A DNA stretch of 64,000 nucleotides from an uncultured Planctomycetota bacterium (lineage in GTDB: Bacteria > Planctomycetota > Planctomycetia > Isosphaerales > Isosphaeraceae), in assembly GCA_963845755.1 (NCBI GenBank), contig CAWJTV010000027.1:32001-96000 (forward strand), written 5' to 3'. The notes beneath the pieces were generated by a model. It worked only from the letters and a program-made list of their open reading frames with translations, did not search any database and was not told the DNA's origin. The translations under genes and the position numbers were made by a program. Numbering within the stretch: position 1 is the first letter of the stretch; every line of letters starts with the position of its first letter. Positions 24,265 through 36,188 of this stretch are shown one piece after another.

Positions 24265-24676
24265 GCCGATCGGGCCGCCGCGAAAATCCCGCAAAGGACC
24301 ATCGGACTGCACGAGCGACGGGTTGCCGGAAGCTCGATCCCCGTTGCGGCGTCTCGCGACGCGGCGCCGGATGGGCTTCCGCATAGATTGTGATCCGTAA
24401 GGGTTCGTTTTTCCTCAGTTGCAAGTCACAGATCGCAAGTGGCAAGGGAAGAAACGTGAATTCCTTCGCACTTGCAGCTCACAACCCGAAACCTGCACCT
24501 TGAAACTGTATGTGGCCTGTGCCATGTGGATTGTGCCGAGTGAATTGCTTCACCGAGCACTGGCCACCTGTCACGAGCCACTGTGAAGAGTGCCACTCAC
24601 CTCTCGCGAGATCGTGCGGCCTTGCGGCCACGGATCGCACGAAGGTGTGTGATATTCGTGTGTGACTAACCACCAA

Positions 24677-24690
24677 ATTGACAAAGAACT
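24677..24690 (-). promoter_or_regulatory. boxA-like antitermination element in ITS
   Basis: GTTCTTTGTCAAT on minus strand; counterpart in leader at 27167-27180. Confidence 0.55.
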
Positions 24691-24899
24691 CGAACTGCTG
24701 GGCGGTCCGCGATGAAGCGGCCCGACGAAACAGTCGTTCCCTGGACTGGCCAGGGGGCGAGGCCGTGAAAAACACGGCCCCGTCCCGCGGCCAGCGCTGG
24801 GCGGTTGATGGCACTAGGCGAAGCCATTCGCACTGATTGACGAGTCTTTACTCTTTTCCCCGTCGGTGGCAGGGTGCCAGGGATAGTGTTGATCGATTC

Positions 24900-25141
24900 C
24901 GCAGTCGTACAGAGGATACAGACCAAGTTGGTCCCGCATTCCAGGAAACCGACGAGCAACAATCGGTCAGAGTTTGAATGGCCAACGAGAATTTCACAAA
25001 CCTCGTCTTACGAGTGTTCGTGATCGACAAAGATCGTGGCGAGCGGGTCGCTGAAACGGTGCTCGCCTCATCGAAACTGACTCGATGTTTCTTGAGATTC
25101 GCCCTGGCTTTGTCTTCATCCTCATCGAATGAGACAGCCAG
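24900..25141 (-). pseudogene. BrnT-family toxin pseudogene in 16S-23S spacer
   Basis: FDEDEDKARANLKKHRVSFDEASTV(fs)SDPLATIFVDHEHS*DEVCEILVGHSNSDRLLLVGFLE; matches BrnT pattern WDxxKxxxNxxKHxVSFxEA...HSxxExR...GxS. Confidence 0.8.
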
Positions 25142-25276
25142 GGACGAGATGTCGCGTCTGTTAAACCCCCGGGGGAAGCCGGCGTGGAAGTCTCGAACAG
25201 AACAGGGGGATGGTGCCGACGCGGCCTTATTGACGTTTTTGAGGCGTCTCAGGCCGGGTTTTCCAAGGAAATCCTT

Positions 25277-26797
<1,521 letters not shown>

Positions 26798-27166
26798 ATG
26801 AGTCGGTCTCCGGTTGGACTGGTCGGCCCGATTTCTCGGGCCTGGTCCATCCGTTGGCCGGTCCCCACCCCAAGGGTTGAGGAAAAAAACTGGTCGCACT
26901 TCGCTCCTCGTAACGGTGGCCAGGCCGACGACCTATCACCGGGCCGCTCGCGAGAGCCATCCCGATTCCTAGCCATCCACCTCGCCGCCAACGAAGAACG
27001 TGTGCCGGTCCTTGCGAGCCATCCCGACGCCTGCTAACCTGGGGACCACCCAGGCCGGGCGTTTCCGGACGAGTCCTCGCACGCCGGCTTCCCTCAAGGG
27101 TTCATGACGCGACGAATTCTTATCTTCGTCTCGTTCTCTTTTGGCTGACTAAATGCCATCAACCGA

Positions 27167-27180
27167 ATTGTCAAAGAATC
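27167..27180 (-). promoter_or_regulatory. boxA-like element in rRNA leader
   Basis: GATTCTTTGACAAT on minus strand. Confidence 0.55.
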
Positions 27181-27361
27181 GAATCGAACGATCGGTCTGC
27201 TGATAGACGTCCGACCTCGTGAAAAGGTTCGAAGGTCTCTTCAACTGCGATCGTCTTGCCTCATCAACTTCCACCGACGCCATCGGCCGGTGCAAGGTTG
27301 CTTTTGAGCAACCCACCCCGGCCGTCGTTCGACCTACGGTTTTGGTCGTGAGGCAAGAGCA

Positions 27362-27389
27362 ATACTACCTCAAGAATCGCGGCAGTCAA
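27362..27389 (-). promoter_or_regulatory. Putative rRNA operon promoter
   Basis: TTGACT-N16-TAGTAT on minus strand; a 16-bp spacer is typical of rrn promoters. Confidence 0.65.
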
Positions 27390-27719
27390 CTCCCTGCCCC
27401 GAAGAATTAGCGAAAATCGGGACGCCGGCCGATGGGCCTGCGGATTTTGTCGGTCTGAACTGATGGTATGACAAGGATTTCCGCCACCTTCCCTTTGCAT
27501 GAAGTTCGTGCCATCAAACGTCGATGAAATCGGGAAAAGGGCATTAGGTCGGCCAATCCCAGCCACGGTGAGACCCGGTCCCGCCCCGACGAAGACCCGA
27601 CCGAACCGGATTGGTGGATGTTCGGGTCGCGAGGCATTCGGGCCTCGGCGGGCCAGCGCCCGTTCCTGAACTGGGATTCCCTCTCGTCCCCAAGGCACCT
27701 CCTGGGAGTGCACCCCAAT

Positions 27720-28022
27720 ATGACCGCCACCCTCCCAAAAACCATGCAGAACGATTGGGTCAAGACGGTCCTTTTCGACCGGGGCTATCTGGCTCGAATC
27801 CGTGGCGAGGCCATCAAGGTCTATCTGGCCATCATCGAGGCGTGCGGCGGCCTCCCCGACCAGAGCGTATCGATCAGCCTCAACGGCCTCATGCGGCGCA
27901 CCCAGTTGTCCTGCCCGACCATCATCGACTCGCTGGCTCGACTCGAGGACCTCGGCCTGGTCGTCTCGACCACTCATCAGCCCGGCAAGGTGAAGACCTA
28001 TTACCTTCCCAGTAGGCAGTAG
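27720..28022 (+). CDS. Small winged-helix (HTH_36-like) DNA-binding protein
   Basis: EAIKVYLAII...SISLNGLMRRTQLSCPTIIDSLARLEDLGLV...KVKTYYL. Confidence 0.7.
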   Translation: MTATLPKTMQNDWVKTVLFDRGYLARIRGEAIKVYLAIIEACGGLPDQSVSISLNGLMRRTQLSCPTIIDSLARLEDLGLVVSTTHQPGKVKTYYLPSRQ

Positions 28023-28155
28023 GCAGCGATGACAGTGAACCCCCATTCGTTCGTGCGGACATCGAAGGCGAACAAGCACAGAGGGTCGGCAACCGTCAAC
28101 AGTGGTCCGTGGCCAGTGCTCTTCACTGCCCACGGCCTACTGCCTACTGCCTACT
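28011..28155. repeat. Inverted heptamer tandem repeats
   Basis: AGTAGGCAGTAGGCAG (28011-28026) is the reverse complement of CTGCCTACTGCCTACT (28140-28155). Confidence 0.8.
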
Positions 28156-28161
28156 AAAGCA

Positions 28162-29193
28162 ATGAACTACTTCTTCCGAGTCGAGCACGACTTGCTTCGC
28201 TCCGAGGCGTTCAAGACGTTGGGGGGCTCGGCGATCAAGGTCTACCTGGTGATCGGGCTGTATTCCGACTTCGGGACCGACTGGGCTTATCCCAGCATCC
28301 GGACGATCGCCCGGCAGGCCGGCCTGAGCCGGCAGACGGTGCTGGCAGCCATCGAGCACCTGACCGGTGTGGGGCTGCTGGCCACCAGCAAGGCGAAGGG
28401 TCGGTCAACTGCATACAAGATCCTCCGTGGCGAGGCGCCCCAACGCCCCACACGCTCCAAGTCGCCGCCGGCCGAACCGAGGTCTGAAAAACAGGCGGGC
28501 ACTGGTCCAAAGATTTTAGACCTACCCCCAGAAACTGTCCCAAAATCTTTAGAGGTGTTCCCTTCAAGTGGTCCAGAATCTGGACCAGTCGCGGCCCAAT
28601 CGCTCGGCCCCGCAGGCCCCACGAGTAGGCCCGAACAAGACTTTCTATCAAAAGAGAGCCAGACAGCATCGATCCCGATTCCGGGAACTCCGTTCCGGCT
28701 GACCGCCGAGGGTCGTCTTCTTGTTGCTGTAGATCTGCAAGAACTGCTGACGAACCAGGGAATCCCCGGCCAGTTGGCGCAGCGGCTTGTCGCCCAGAAA
28801 GATCCGGAGGCCGTGGCCAAGGTGCTGCTGAACGCGTTGTATCTTCAAAGTCAGGGCAAACTTCAGAACGGGCCCGGCTACATCCGAACGGGCATCGAGG
28901 ACGGATACGACCTCTTGCCTCAGGTCGCCAGCCGGCTGGAAAACCGCCGGCGTGAGCTGGAAGTTCAGCTCCAGAAGGTCTCCAACCGGGAGCAACAATC
29001 CCGCGAGGCGGCCGAACAAGCTGCCGAGGAAGCCGCCATCTCCTACATGATCGAGCAACTCACCTCCGCGCAGGTCGACGATCTGGTCGAGCGAGCCGTC
29101 CGACTGCTCCCCGAACCGCTCGTCCGGCGCAACCCCACACTCTCCAATCCCTTTGTGCGCGCCAAGGTCTATGAGTTGGCCTGTGGCCCTTGA
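28162..29193 (+). CDS. HTH_36 winged-helix protein, replication-initiator-like architecture
   Basis: SAIKVYLVIGLYSDFGTDWAYPSIRTIARQAGLSRQTVLAAIEHL; low-complexity linker; helical C-terminal domain with LQNGPGYIRTGIEDGY. Confidence 0.7.
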   Translation: MNYFFRVEHDLLRSEAFKTLGGSAIKVYLVIGLYSDFGTDWAYPSIRTIARQAGLSRQTVLAAIEHLTGVGLLATSKAKGRSTAYKILRGEAPQRPTRSKSPPAEPRSEKQAGTGPKILDLPPETVPKSLEVFPSSGPESGPVAAQSLGPAGPTSRPEQDFLSKESQTASIPIPGTPFRLTAEGRLLVAVDLQELLTNQGIPGQLAQRLVAQKDPEAVAKVLLNALYLQSQGKLQNGPGYIRTGIEDGYDLLPQVASRLENRRRELEVQLQKVSNREQQSREAAEQAAEEAAISYMIEQLTSAQVDDLVERAVRLLPEPLVRRNPTLSNPFVRAKVYELACGP

Positions 29194-29248
29194 GTTCTTG
29201 GAACGGGCCGAGACCGGCATCGGGGCGTTGTAAGAGTCGGTTCCAAAA

Positions 29249-29390
29249 GCCTCAGAGGGGCGACCGGACGTAGCCAGGGGCCTAAGCCCCTGGACGATCT
29301 GTCGCCCCTCCGGGGCTTCCCGGATCGGAGGACCTTCCCTCGTCCAGGGGCTCACGCCCCTGGCTACGTACTTCCGCCCCATCCGGGGCT
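29249..29390. repeat. REP-like composite palindrome between convergent genes
   Basis: GTAGCCAGGGG...CCCCTGGAC / GTCCAGGGG...CCCCTGGCTAC with GGGGCGA/TCGCCCC arms. Confidence 0.7.
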
Positions 29391-29718
29391 CAGGAGGGGA
29401 CTTATGGAACAAACTCTAAGGTTGGGCGAAAACCGGCGTGGTTCAGATCGCTCGGCTCCAGGGTAACACTTTTTGCGAAGTGTGGCCGGGTTTGCGCACT
29501 ACAAGCCATTTCAGAGCAGGCTTTTACGGCGAGAGGCCTGCGGCCTTTGCGCCGCCAAGTGTTACCCAGGTTTGAACCAGGCCCGAAAACCCACCGGGAC
29601 CAGCCGGTCCTTGGTGGGTTTCACCGACTCTACCGGGTCATTGGGCAATGGGTTCGACGGCCAGCGCCAAAATGGCAGATGTCAATATGGCAGCCTCTGG
29701 CAAGGCTCAAGGCGCGAT

Positions 29719-31207
29719 TCATCCCGGATACGCAATATCGAACGGGGCGATTTCCCCCGACAACCAGGCCGCCCCAAGGTTAACATCCCTTATGCGGGAT
29801 GGTTTGCGCATGATGAGCAGGTCGCGGACCTGGCCGAGCAACCGTCCTTCGCTCCGGGCTCGGCGGACATGCTGGGGGAGATAGGCACCGTCCATCGGGC
29901 AACTGATCCGCCGCTCCGGGAGAAAACCGGCCCGGGTCGCCGCAGTGTAGCCAAAAAAGGCGTGATCGAGGTAGCCGAAGCCGGCGGGGAGGTCCTTCTC
30001 GGTCTGGGGTGCGAGGAGGAGCGCGAGGTAGCCGCCGGGTTGGAGGGCGGTGAAGGCATGGCGGGCCAGGTCATGGAGGAAGGCCATCCAATCGGAGAGG
30101 GGGGCGGTGGCGATGCCGTCGCGGGGGTATTGTCGGGCGAGCATGGTGTGGTAGGGGGGGTCGCAGAAGATGAGGTTGCAGCCGGTCGCCTCGGGAGGCA
30201 GGCCGCGGCGGACGTCGTGGGGGTGGATTTCGGGTCGGGTTGGATGGAGGTCATAAGCCAGGCAGCGTCGGCCCATCGATGCGCAGACATCGAGCGTGGT
30301 TCCACCGCCGGCCATCGGGTCGACGACCAGGGCGCCGGGGGACGTGTAGTAGTGGAGCGTGTGCGCCACAAGGGCCGGCGGGATCGAGCCGGGATGGGGG
30401 ATGCCGAAGGCCCGGTCGTGGCGGAACGACCAGACGTCGTACGGCGTGGGTCGGAAATCGGCGCTGAAGCGGTCGCGGCGGCGTAAGTCCTTGTGCGCGG
30501 CGTGAATCGTCTTGGTCCCGGCGTCGAGCTGGGCGACGCCGCTCCGGGCCCGGGCGTCGCCCGTGCGGGCCAGCCGCCAGATGGCTCGGGCCTGCCGGTA
30601 GAGGTCCTTTCCTCCCATCCCGAGGTGGCGCGCGATCGCCACATCGGTCCGCCCCCGGCCGACGCCGCGGGTTGGCCCGTCGCGATCGGCCGTGTCAACG
30701 GCATCGCGATCGTCGGAATTCCGACATTCGGCGCTGTCGGACGAGTCGGTGGATTCGACCGGACGGCTGCGCAGGTTCGCCAGACGTCGGGCACCGGCCT
30801 CCGAGCCCCAGAGGTCCTCGAGGGCGTCCGCTTCGCGCATCAATTGACTGAAGGTCTTGCGGCGCTGTCGGTTGTATTCCAGGATCGCGCATCGTCGCGC
30901 ATCACCTCGCGACAGCCGACGGACCTCGCAAGGGACTGCGGTCAGAGCCAGGGCCCGCGCAAGGCCAGTCGCCGGTGTCCGGAAAGGACCTCCCAGGCGC
31001 AGGCTTCGGGCCGGGCGCCACGACCAGCGGGACGAGGATTCCGTGCTCGCGGATGCTCGGCAGCAGGTCGTCGATCTCGGCGGACGGGTCGCCGTAGAGC
31101 GAAAGGCTGAACGGATTGGGATTGAGACGGCTCGGGTCGAGCGGAAGGATTTGGGTTGGCTTCCCGATTGCGCTCGGGCGATTTGCGGTGGCGGGCATGG
31201 CGAGCAT
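29719..31207 (-). CDS. ParB/Srx N-terminal domain fused to amino-DNA methyltransferase (frameshifts near 30960-31010)
   Basis: LLPSIREHGILVPLVV, EVLSGHRRL, EYNRQRRK; HPGSIPPALV, VVDPMAGGGTT, IFCDPPY. Confidence 0.8.
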
Positions 31208-31590
31208 CCTTGAGGTGACGCGCGGCTTGCGGGCGGGGCATGGCCGGTGATGGCTGGCCGACGCACACGCGGAGGGTTTCCCTTTCCCACTCCGCGCCGT
31301 GGCCCACCCCCGGAGCCGGCTCCGTCCGGCGATCTCCGGCCCATCGAGGAACGGCTCTAGCACAGACGTCGGGGATTGTCCAGAACGATTTCGATGTCGC
31401 GAGAGAGCAAGCGATCGTGCAAACAGCGATTCCCCGTCGAACGGAACGATTTTGGGATGGACGGCGCCGGCGATCCGGGGAGAATGCTCGTTCCATTTCT
31501 CTGTTCGCGAACGCCATTATGGAGACCCTCGGTCGGCGGACCGGCAGGGTCGAGAGACCCGCGCGAACCTGCGCGGCAAGGAGGCCGGGC

Positions 31591-32556
31591 ATGTCCACGC
31601 TGCGCTACGACCCGGCCCACCAGCGAGGACCCATGGGTCAGGGTCATGCGATTCGGGCGGGGTCGGGAGCCGAATCGGATCGGGTCGAGGCCGCCTGGGA
31701 GATCGCGCGGGCAGGTCCGGAGACCGCGCCGTCGTTCCTGACGGTCGTGGTGCCGGCGAAGAACGAGGCGGCGAGCCTGCCGCAACTGGTCAAGGAGATC
31801 GCCCGGGCACTGCGGTGCTCGGGCGAGGGTCCACATGGGTTGGCCGGGTTCGAGATCATCATCGTCAACGACGCGTCAACCGACCGGACTCCGGAGGTCT
31901 TGAGGGCCCTGGCTCTCGATTATCGCGAGCTGAGGGTTCTGGTGCTGGCGGACGGAGTCGGCCAGTCCTCGGCGACATTCGCCGGGATTCGGGCGGCGCG
32001 GGGCGACTGGATCGCGACGCTCGACGCCGACTTGCAGAACGACCCGGCCGACCTGGTGCGGCTCTGGGAGGCCCTGCCCGGCCACGACGCCGTTCTGGGC
32101 TGGCGGGTGAAGCGCCATGATGTCTGGTCCAGGCGGATGATCAGCCGATGGGCGAACCGGGTGCGCAACGGATTGTTGGGCCAGTCGATCCGCGACACGG
32201 GCTGTTCGGTCCGGATCTTCCCCCGTGCGGTGGCGTTGCGGCTGCCGGGGTTCCGGGGCGTCCATCGGTTCTTCGGTCCGCTGTTGTTGCGGGAGGGATG
32301 CCGGCTGGTCCAGGTGCCGGTCGGCCACCGGTCCCGTCCGCACGGCCGGTCGCACTACAACCTGTGGAACCGGTCGATCCAGGTGGTCGTGGACTTGCTC
32401 GGGGTCGTCTGGCTGTTGCGCCGGCCATTGCGGTATCAGGTGGTCCAGGCATGGGATGCCCATAAGGCGGATGCCACCCCGACAGAAGAGGGACAGGCAC
32501 CTCCAAGACGCGGAGGCAGTCCCCCTTTTGTCGGGGCCTGTTACCCGGAGGACTGA
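31591..32556 (+). CDS. Glycosyltransferase family 2 (polyprenol-phosphate sugar transferase / ArnC-like)
   Basis: VVVPAKNEA, IIVNDASTD, LDADLQNDPAD, DTGCS; AGGAGG RBS. Confidence 0.9.
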   Translation: MSTLRYDPAHQRGPMGQGHAIRAGSGAESDRVEAAWEIARAGPETAPSFLTVVVPAKNEAASLPQLVKEIARALRCSGEGPHGLAGFEIIIVNDASTDRTPEVLRALALDYRELRVLVLADGVGQSSATFAGIRAARGDWIATLDADLQNDPADLVRLWEALPGHDAVLGWRVKRHDVWSRRMISRWANRVRNGLLGQSIRDTGCSVRIFPRAVALRLPGFRGVHRFFGPLLLREGCRLVQVPVGHRSRPHGRSHYNLWNRSIQVVVDLLGVVWLLRRPLRYQVVQAWDAHKADATPTEEGQAPPRRGGSPPFVGACYPED

Positions 32557-32559
32557 CAC

Positions 32560-32844
32560 GTGTCGTATCCGGCGTTCTGGCTGACGATCGGCTTTCTGGG
32601 TCAGGGTTTTTTCACGGCGCGGTTCCTGGTCCAGTGGATCGTCTCAGAGAAACAGCGCGATGCGGTGGTGCCCGTGGCGTTCTGGTGGCTGAGCCTGCTG
32701 GGCGGCGCGGCACTGTTGTCCTACGCGATCTCCCGACGCGACCCGGTGATCATCGTCGGTCAGTCGATGGGGATGTTCATCTACGTGCGGAACTTGATGC
32801 TGATCGACAAGGCGCGGCGTCGGGAGACGGCTAATGGCGCGTAA
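32560..32844 (+). CDS. Lipid-A-disaccharide synthase N-terminal (LAB_N) domain membrane protein
   Basis: GFLGQGFFTARFLVQWIVSEK...VPVAFWWLSLLGG...DPVIIVGQ...IYVRNL. Confidence 0.88.
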   Translation: MSYPAFWLTIGFLGQGFFTARFLVQWIVSEKQRDAVVPVAFWWLSLLGGAALLSYAISRRDPVIIVGQSMGMFIYVRNLMLIDKARRRETANGA

Positions 32845-33836
32845 ACGGAGTCGCGGAACGGCCGGCCGGGCGAGAGTGCCAGGGGAACGCGCGACCGATT
32901 ATGATAGCCCATGGAAGGAGGCGCTGGATCGATACTTCGAGCAGTGCATGGCCTTCTTCTTTCCGCAGGCCCACGCCGAGATCGACTGGACTCGCGGATA
33001 CGAGATGCTGGACAAGGAGCTGCAACCGATCGTGCGCCAGTCGAAACAGGGCCGGCGCTGACGTCGACAAGCTGGTCAAGGTGTGGCTCAGGAGTGGAGA
33101 GGAACGGTGGTTGCTGATCCATGTGGAGGTGCAGACCTGGAAGGAGGGCGACTTTCCCAGGCGGATGCACGTCTACAACCACCGCATCTTCGACCGTTAT
33201 GATCGCGAGGTGATCAGTCTGGCGATCCTGGCCGACGATGATCCCGACTGGCGGCCGAACCAGTTCGGGTACAGCCGCTGGGGCTTCCGCACCGGCACGG
33301 AGTTTCCGATTGTCAAGCTCCTGGACTACGCGCCTCGCTGGCAGGTGCTGGAGGCCGATCCGAACCCGTTCGCGATGGTGGTGCTGGCCCACCTCAAGAC
33401 CCTCGAGACGCGGCGGTCAACAGCCGACCGACATGCCTGGAAACTGCGGCTGGTCAAGGGGCTGTACGAGCGCGGGATGAATCCGGAGGACGTGCGGCAG
33501 GTGTTCCGATTCATCGACTGGATCATGGATCTGCCCGAGGGTCGGGAACAGAATTTTTGGCAAGAATTCACTGCGTACCAACTGGAGAAGCAGATGCCGT
33601 TCATTACAATTGCGGACCGCGTCGCCATGGAGCACTGTCTGCTTAGAGGCATTGAAGTCTGCTTGCAAATGAAGTTCGGTGACGAAGGTCTGAACCTGAT
33701 GCCAGAGCTCCGTGACCTCCGCGACCACGAACTCCTTGATGTCGTTCTTGAGGCGATTCCGGGTGCGGCCAGCCCGGACGACCTGCGCCGGATGTGGACG
33801 CGGAAGCGCCGGTCGAGGAGAAAGGGGCAGGCGTGA
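32834..33836 (+). CDS. Rpn/YhgA-like protein, paralog of 13301..14317 (frameshift near 33058)
   Basis: ORFs 32834..33061 and 32901..33836 together match copy 1 along its length. Confidence 0.82.
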
Positions 33837-34107
33837 TCACGACGGACGCGTCCTCGATGACCAGGGCCTATCGAACGCGGCGGTCCGGATGCGGTTCCGG
33901 GTAACGATCGGCATTCCGGTTCAGGAGCCGTTCACAGCGTGGCTCCTGGTTCCGTGGATGATCTCCGTGAAGTCCGGAACGTCGTGTCCACCCGATGGAA
34001 CCTCGCATCGGCTCCGAATAAAATCGGTGAAAGGCTGCGGATGCTGCGTGGATAACCCTCTCGGGAGGGCGGTGTCGTGGAGGAGCAGCTCGAGAGGCGA
34101 CCGTGGC

Positions 34108-34819
34108 ATGACGCACCTGCTCGACCTCAAGCTGCGCGGGGCCCGGGTCGAGGAGCTGACCCCGATCGCTCATCTGACCGGCCTGAGTAACCTGGAGCTC
34201 CAGGGCACCCGGATCACGGATGCCGGACTGGCTCCGGTCGCCGGGTTCACCGGGCTGAAGAGTTTGAACCTCGGGCACACGCCGATCACGGATGCCGGCC
34301 TGAAACATCTTCGGAACCTGACGCGATTGAATCACCTCGACCTGGAAGGAACGCACATCACCGATGCCGGGCTATCCAGGCTGGCCGGCGTAACATCGTT
34401 GATGGTCCTCTACCTCAAATAACACGGGGGTCACGGATCGCGGCCTGGCGCACCTGGATGGCCTCGTCTCGTTGACAAGGCTCGGCCTGGCCTCCACGAA
34501 GGTCACGGACGCGGGCCTGGTAGACCTCGCCAAGACCCCGTCGCTGGCCCACGTGAACCTCTACAAGACAGATGTGACCGATACCGGCCTGAAACATCTC
34601 GCTGGCCTCCGGTCCCTGGCGACGTTGAACATCGCCGAGACGCGGGTCACCGACGCCGGCTTGCGGCAACTGGTCCAGATGAAACACCTGACCGGGCTGG
34701 TCATCGATGGGAACCAGGCGACGACGCCCGCAATCAGAGCGCTGCGGAAATCCCGGCCTCAGTTGCAAATTCATCTCTTGCAAGATGGCGAGCCGGAGTG
34801 GCTCCGGCTCCATCCTTGA
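34108..34819 (+). CDS. Leucine-rich repeat protein (frameshifted, possibly 5' truncated)
   Basis: Repeated 24-aa units LxxLxLxxTxITDAGLxxL. Confidence 0.8.
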
Positions 34820-34865
34820 GCCGCGACAACGCAGATCGTCCCGCGCGTACAGGGTGGCCAGGGCA

Positions 34866-35660
34866 TCAAGGAACCAACCCCAGCAGCCGCTCGACAGCCA
34901 GCCCGATGTCGGCTGAGCGCATCAAGGTCTCGCCGACGAGGATGGCCGAGATGCCGGCGGCTTCGAGGCGCTCGACGTCGGCCCGCGTGCGGATGCCGCT
35001 CTCGCTGACCAGGACGACCTCGGGCGGGATCCGGTCGCGGAGCCGCAGGGTGTGGTCCAGGTCGGTGGCAAACGACTTCAAGTCGCGGTTGTTGATCCCG
35101 ACCAGGTCGGCGCCGGAGGCCAGGACGCGGGGCAGGTTGGCCGGGTCGTGGAATTCGACCAGGGCCGCCATCCCCAGGCGCCGGGCCTGTTCCCGCAAGC
35201 GAACCAGTTGCGCGTCGTCGAGGATTTCGGCGATCAGGAGGATGGCGTCGGCGCCGGCCAGCCGCGCCTCGACCACCTGGTAATCGTCGATCATGAAATC
35301 CTTGCGCAAGAGCGGGATCGCGACCGAGGCCCGGACCCGCGCCAGGTGCGCCAGATGTCCCTGGAAATACGGCGCGTCGGTCAGTATGCTTATGCACGCG
35401 GCGCCGCGCTCCTGGTAGATCCGCGCGATGGCCACCGGGTCGAAATCGGCCCGGATGACCTGGGCCGAGGGACTGGCCTTCTTCACCTCGGCAATCAATT
35501 GGATCGGGCCGGGACCCTCCAGCGCCGCGCGGAAGTCACGGACCGGTGGGGCCGTTGCGGCTTGCGCCTCGAGCTCCTCCAGCGGGAATCGCCGTCGCGC
35601 CGTGGCCACTTCCTGACGCTTGGACGCCACGATTTCATCCAGGATGGACTTCATCATCAC
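34866..35660 (-). CDS. trpC: Indole-3-glycerol phosphate synthase
   Basis: LIAEVKKASPS, ISILTD..YFQG, PLLRKDF, GADAILLI, GINNRDL, VSESGI, LVGE. Confidence 0.96.
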   Translation of the reverse strand: MMMKSILDEIVASKRQEVATARRRFPLEELEAQAATAPPVRDFRAALEGPGPIQLIAEVKKASPSAQVIRADFDPVAIARIYQERGAACISILTDAPYFQGHLAHLARVRASVAIPLLRKDFMIDDYQVVEARLAGADAILLIAEILDDAQLVRLREQARRLGMAALVEFHDPANLPRVLASGADLVGINNRDLKSFATDLDHTLRLRDRIPPEVVLVSESGIRTRADVERLEAAGISAILVGETLMRSADIGLAVERLLGLVP

Positions 35661-36188
35661 GTGTCTCGATCAATCCAACCAGTCGGCCGTCGGCCGCCCC
35701 CGAAGACGGACACCACCATCGGGGAACTCGCCCAATCCCACGGGACTACTCTATCAGGTCCGGCACGCCGGGCGGAGAGGGTTGCCCGGCGTGCCGATCG
35801 TGCGACGGGCGTGTCCTGGGTAGGTTCGGGAAATCGATGGGGAGGCGCGCGTTGTGCGGGCGTGGGCGCCGTCCGTCCCCGATTTTCCGGCACAAATGGA
35901 TTTGCGTATGACGGACGATACGTTATAGCAATACCATTGTCGATAAACTTGCGCACGCGCGGAATGGCTGTGTTACTCCATCCATCGCATCTTCTGCGAG
36001 GACAATTAGCGGCGAGCGGGACGAAGAGCGGAGCGACTCTTGCGCGGGTCGGCTCTCGCGTTGGATCGTAACAGGAAGGCTCGACGGTTGGCGTATGGCA
36101 TTGACATGGTGAACGCGGAAGGGCTGATGAGGCCCCGCATGGCATTGAGGCCCGGCGGAATCGGCGACAAGGAGGAAGGGGGCTCCCG

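Noticed and set aside
24265..25276. tRNA-Ile/tRNA-Ala in the 16S-23S spacer
   Set aside because: No cloverleaf or T-loop GTTCGA in proper context recognised; tRNAscan would confirm
27720..31207. Prophage or integrated plasmid
   Set aside because: No integrase, att repeats, or structural or conjugation genes visible
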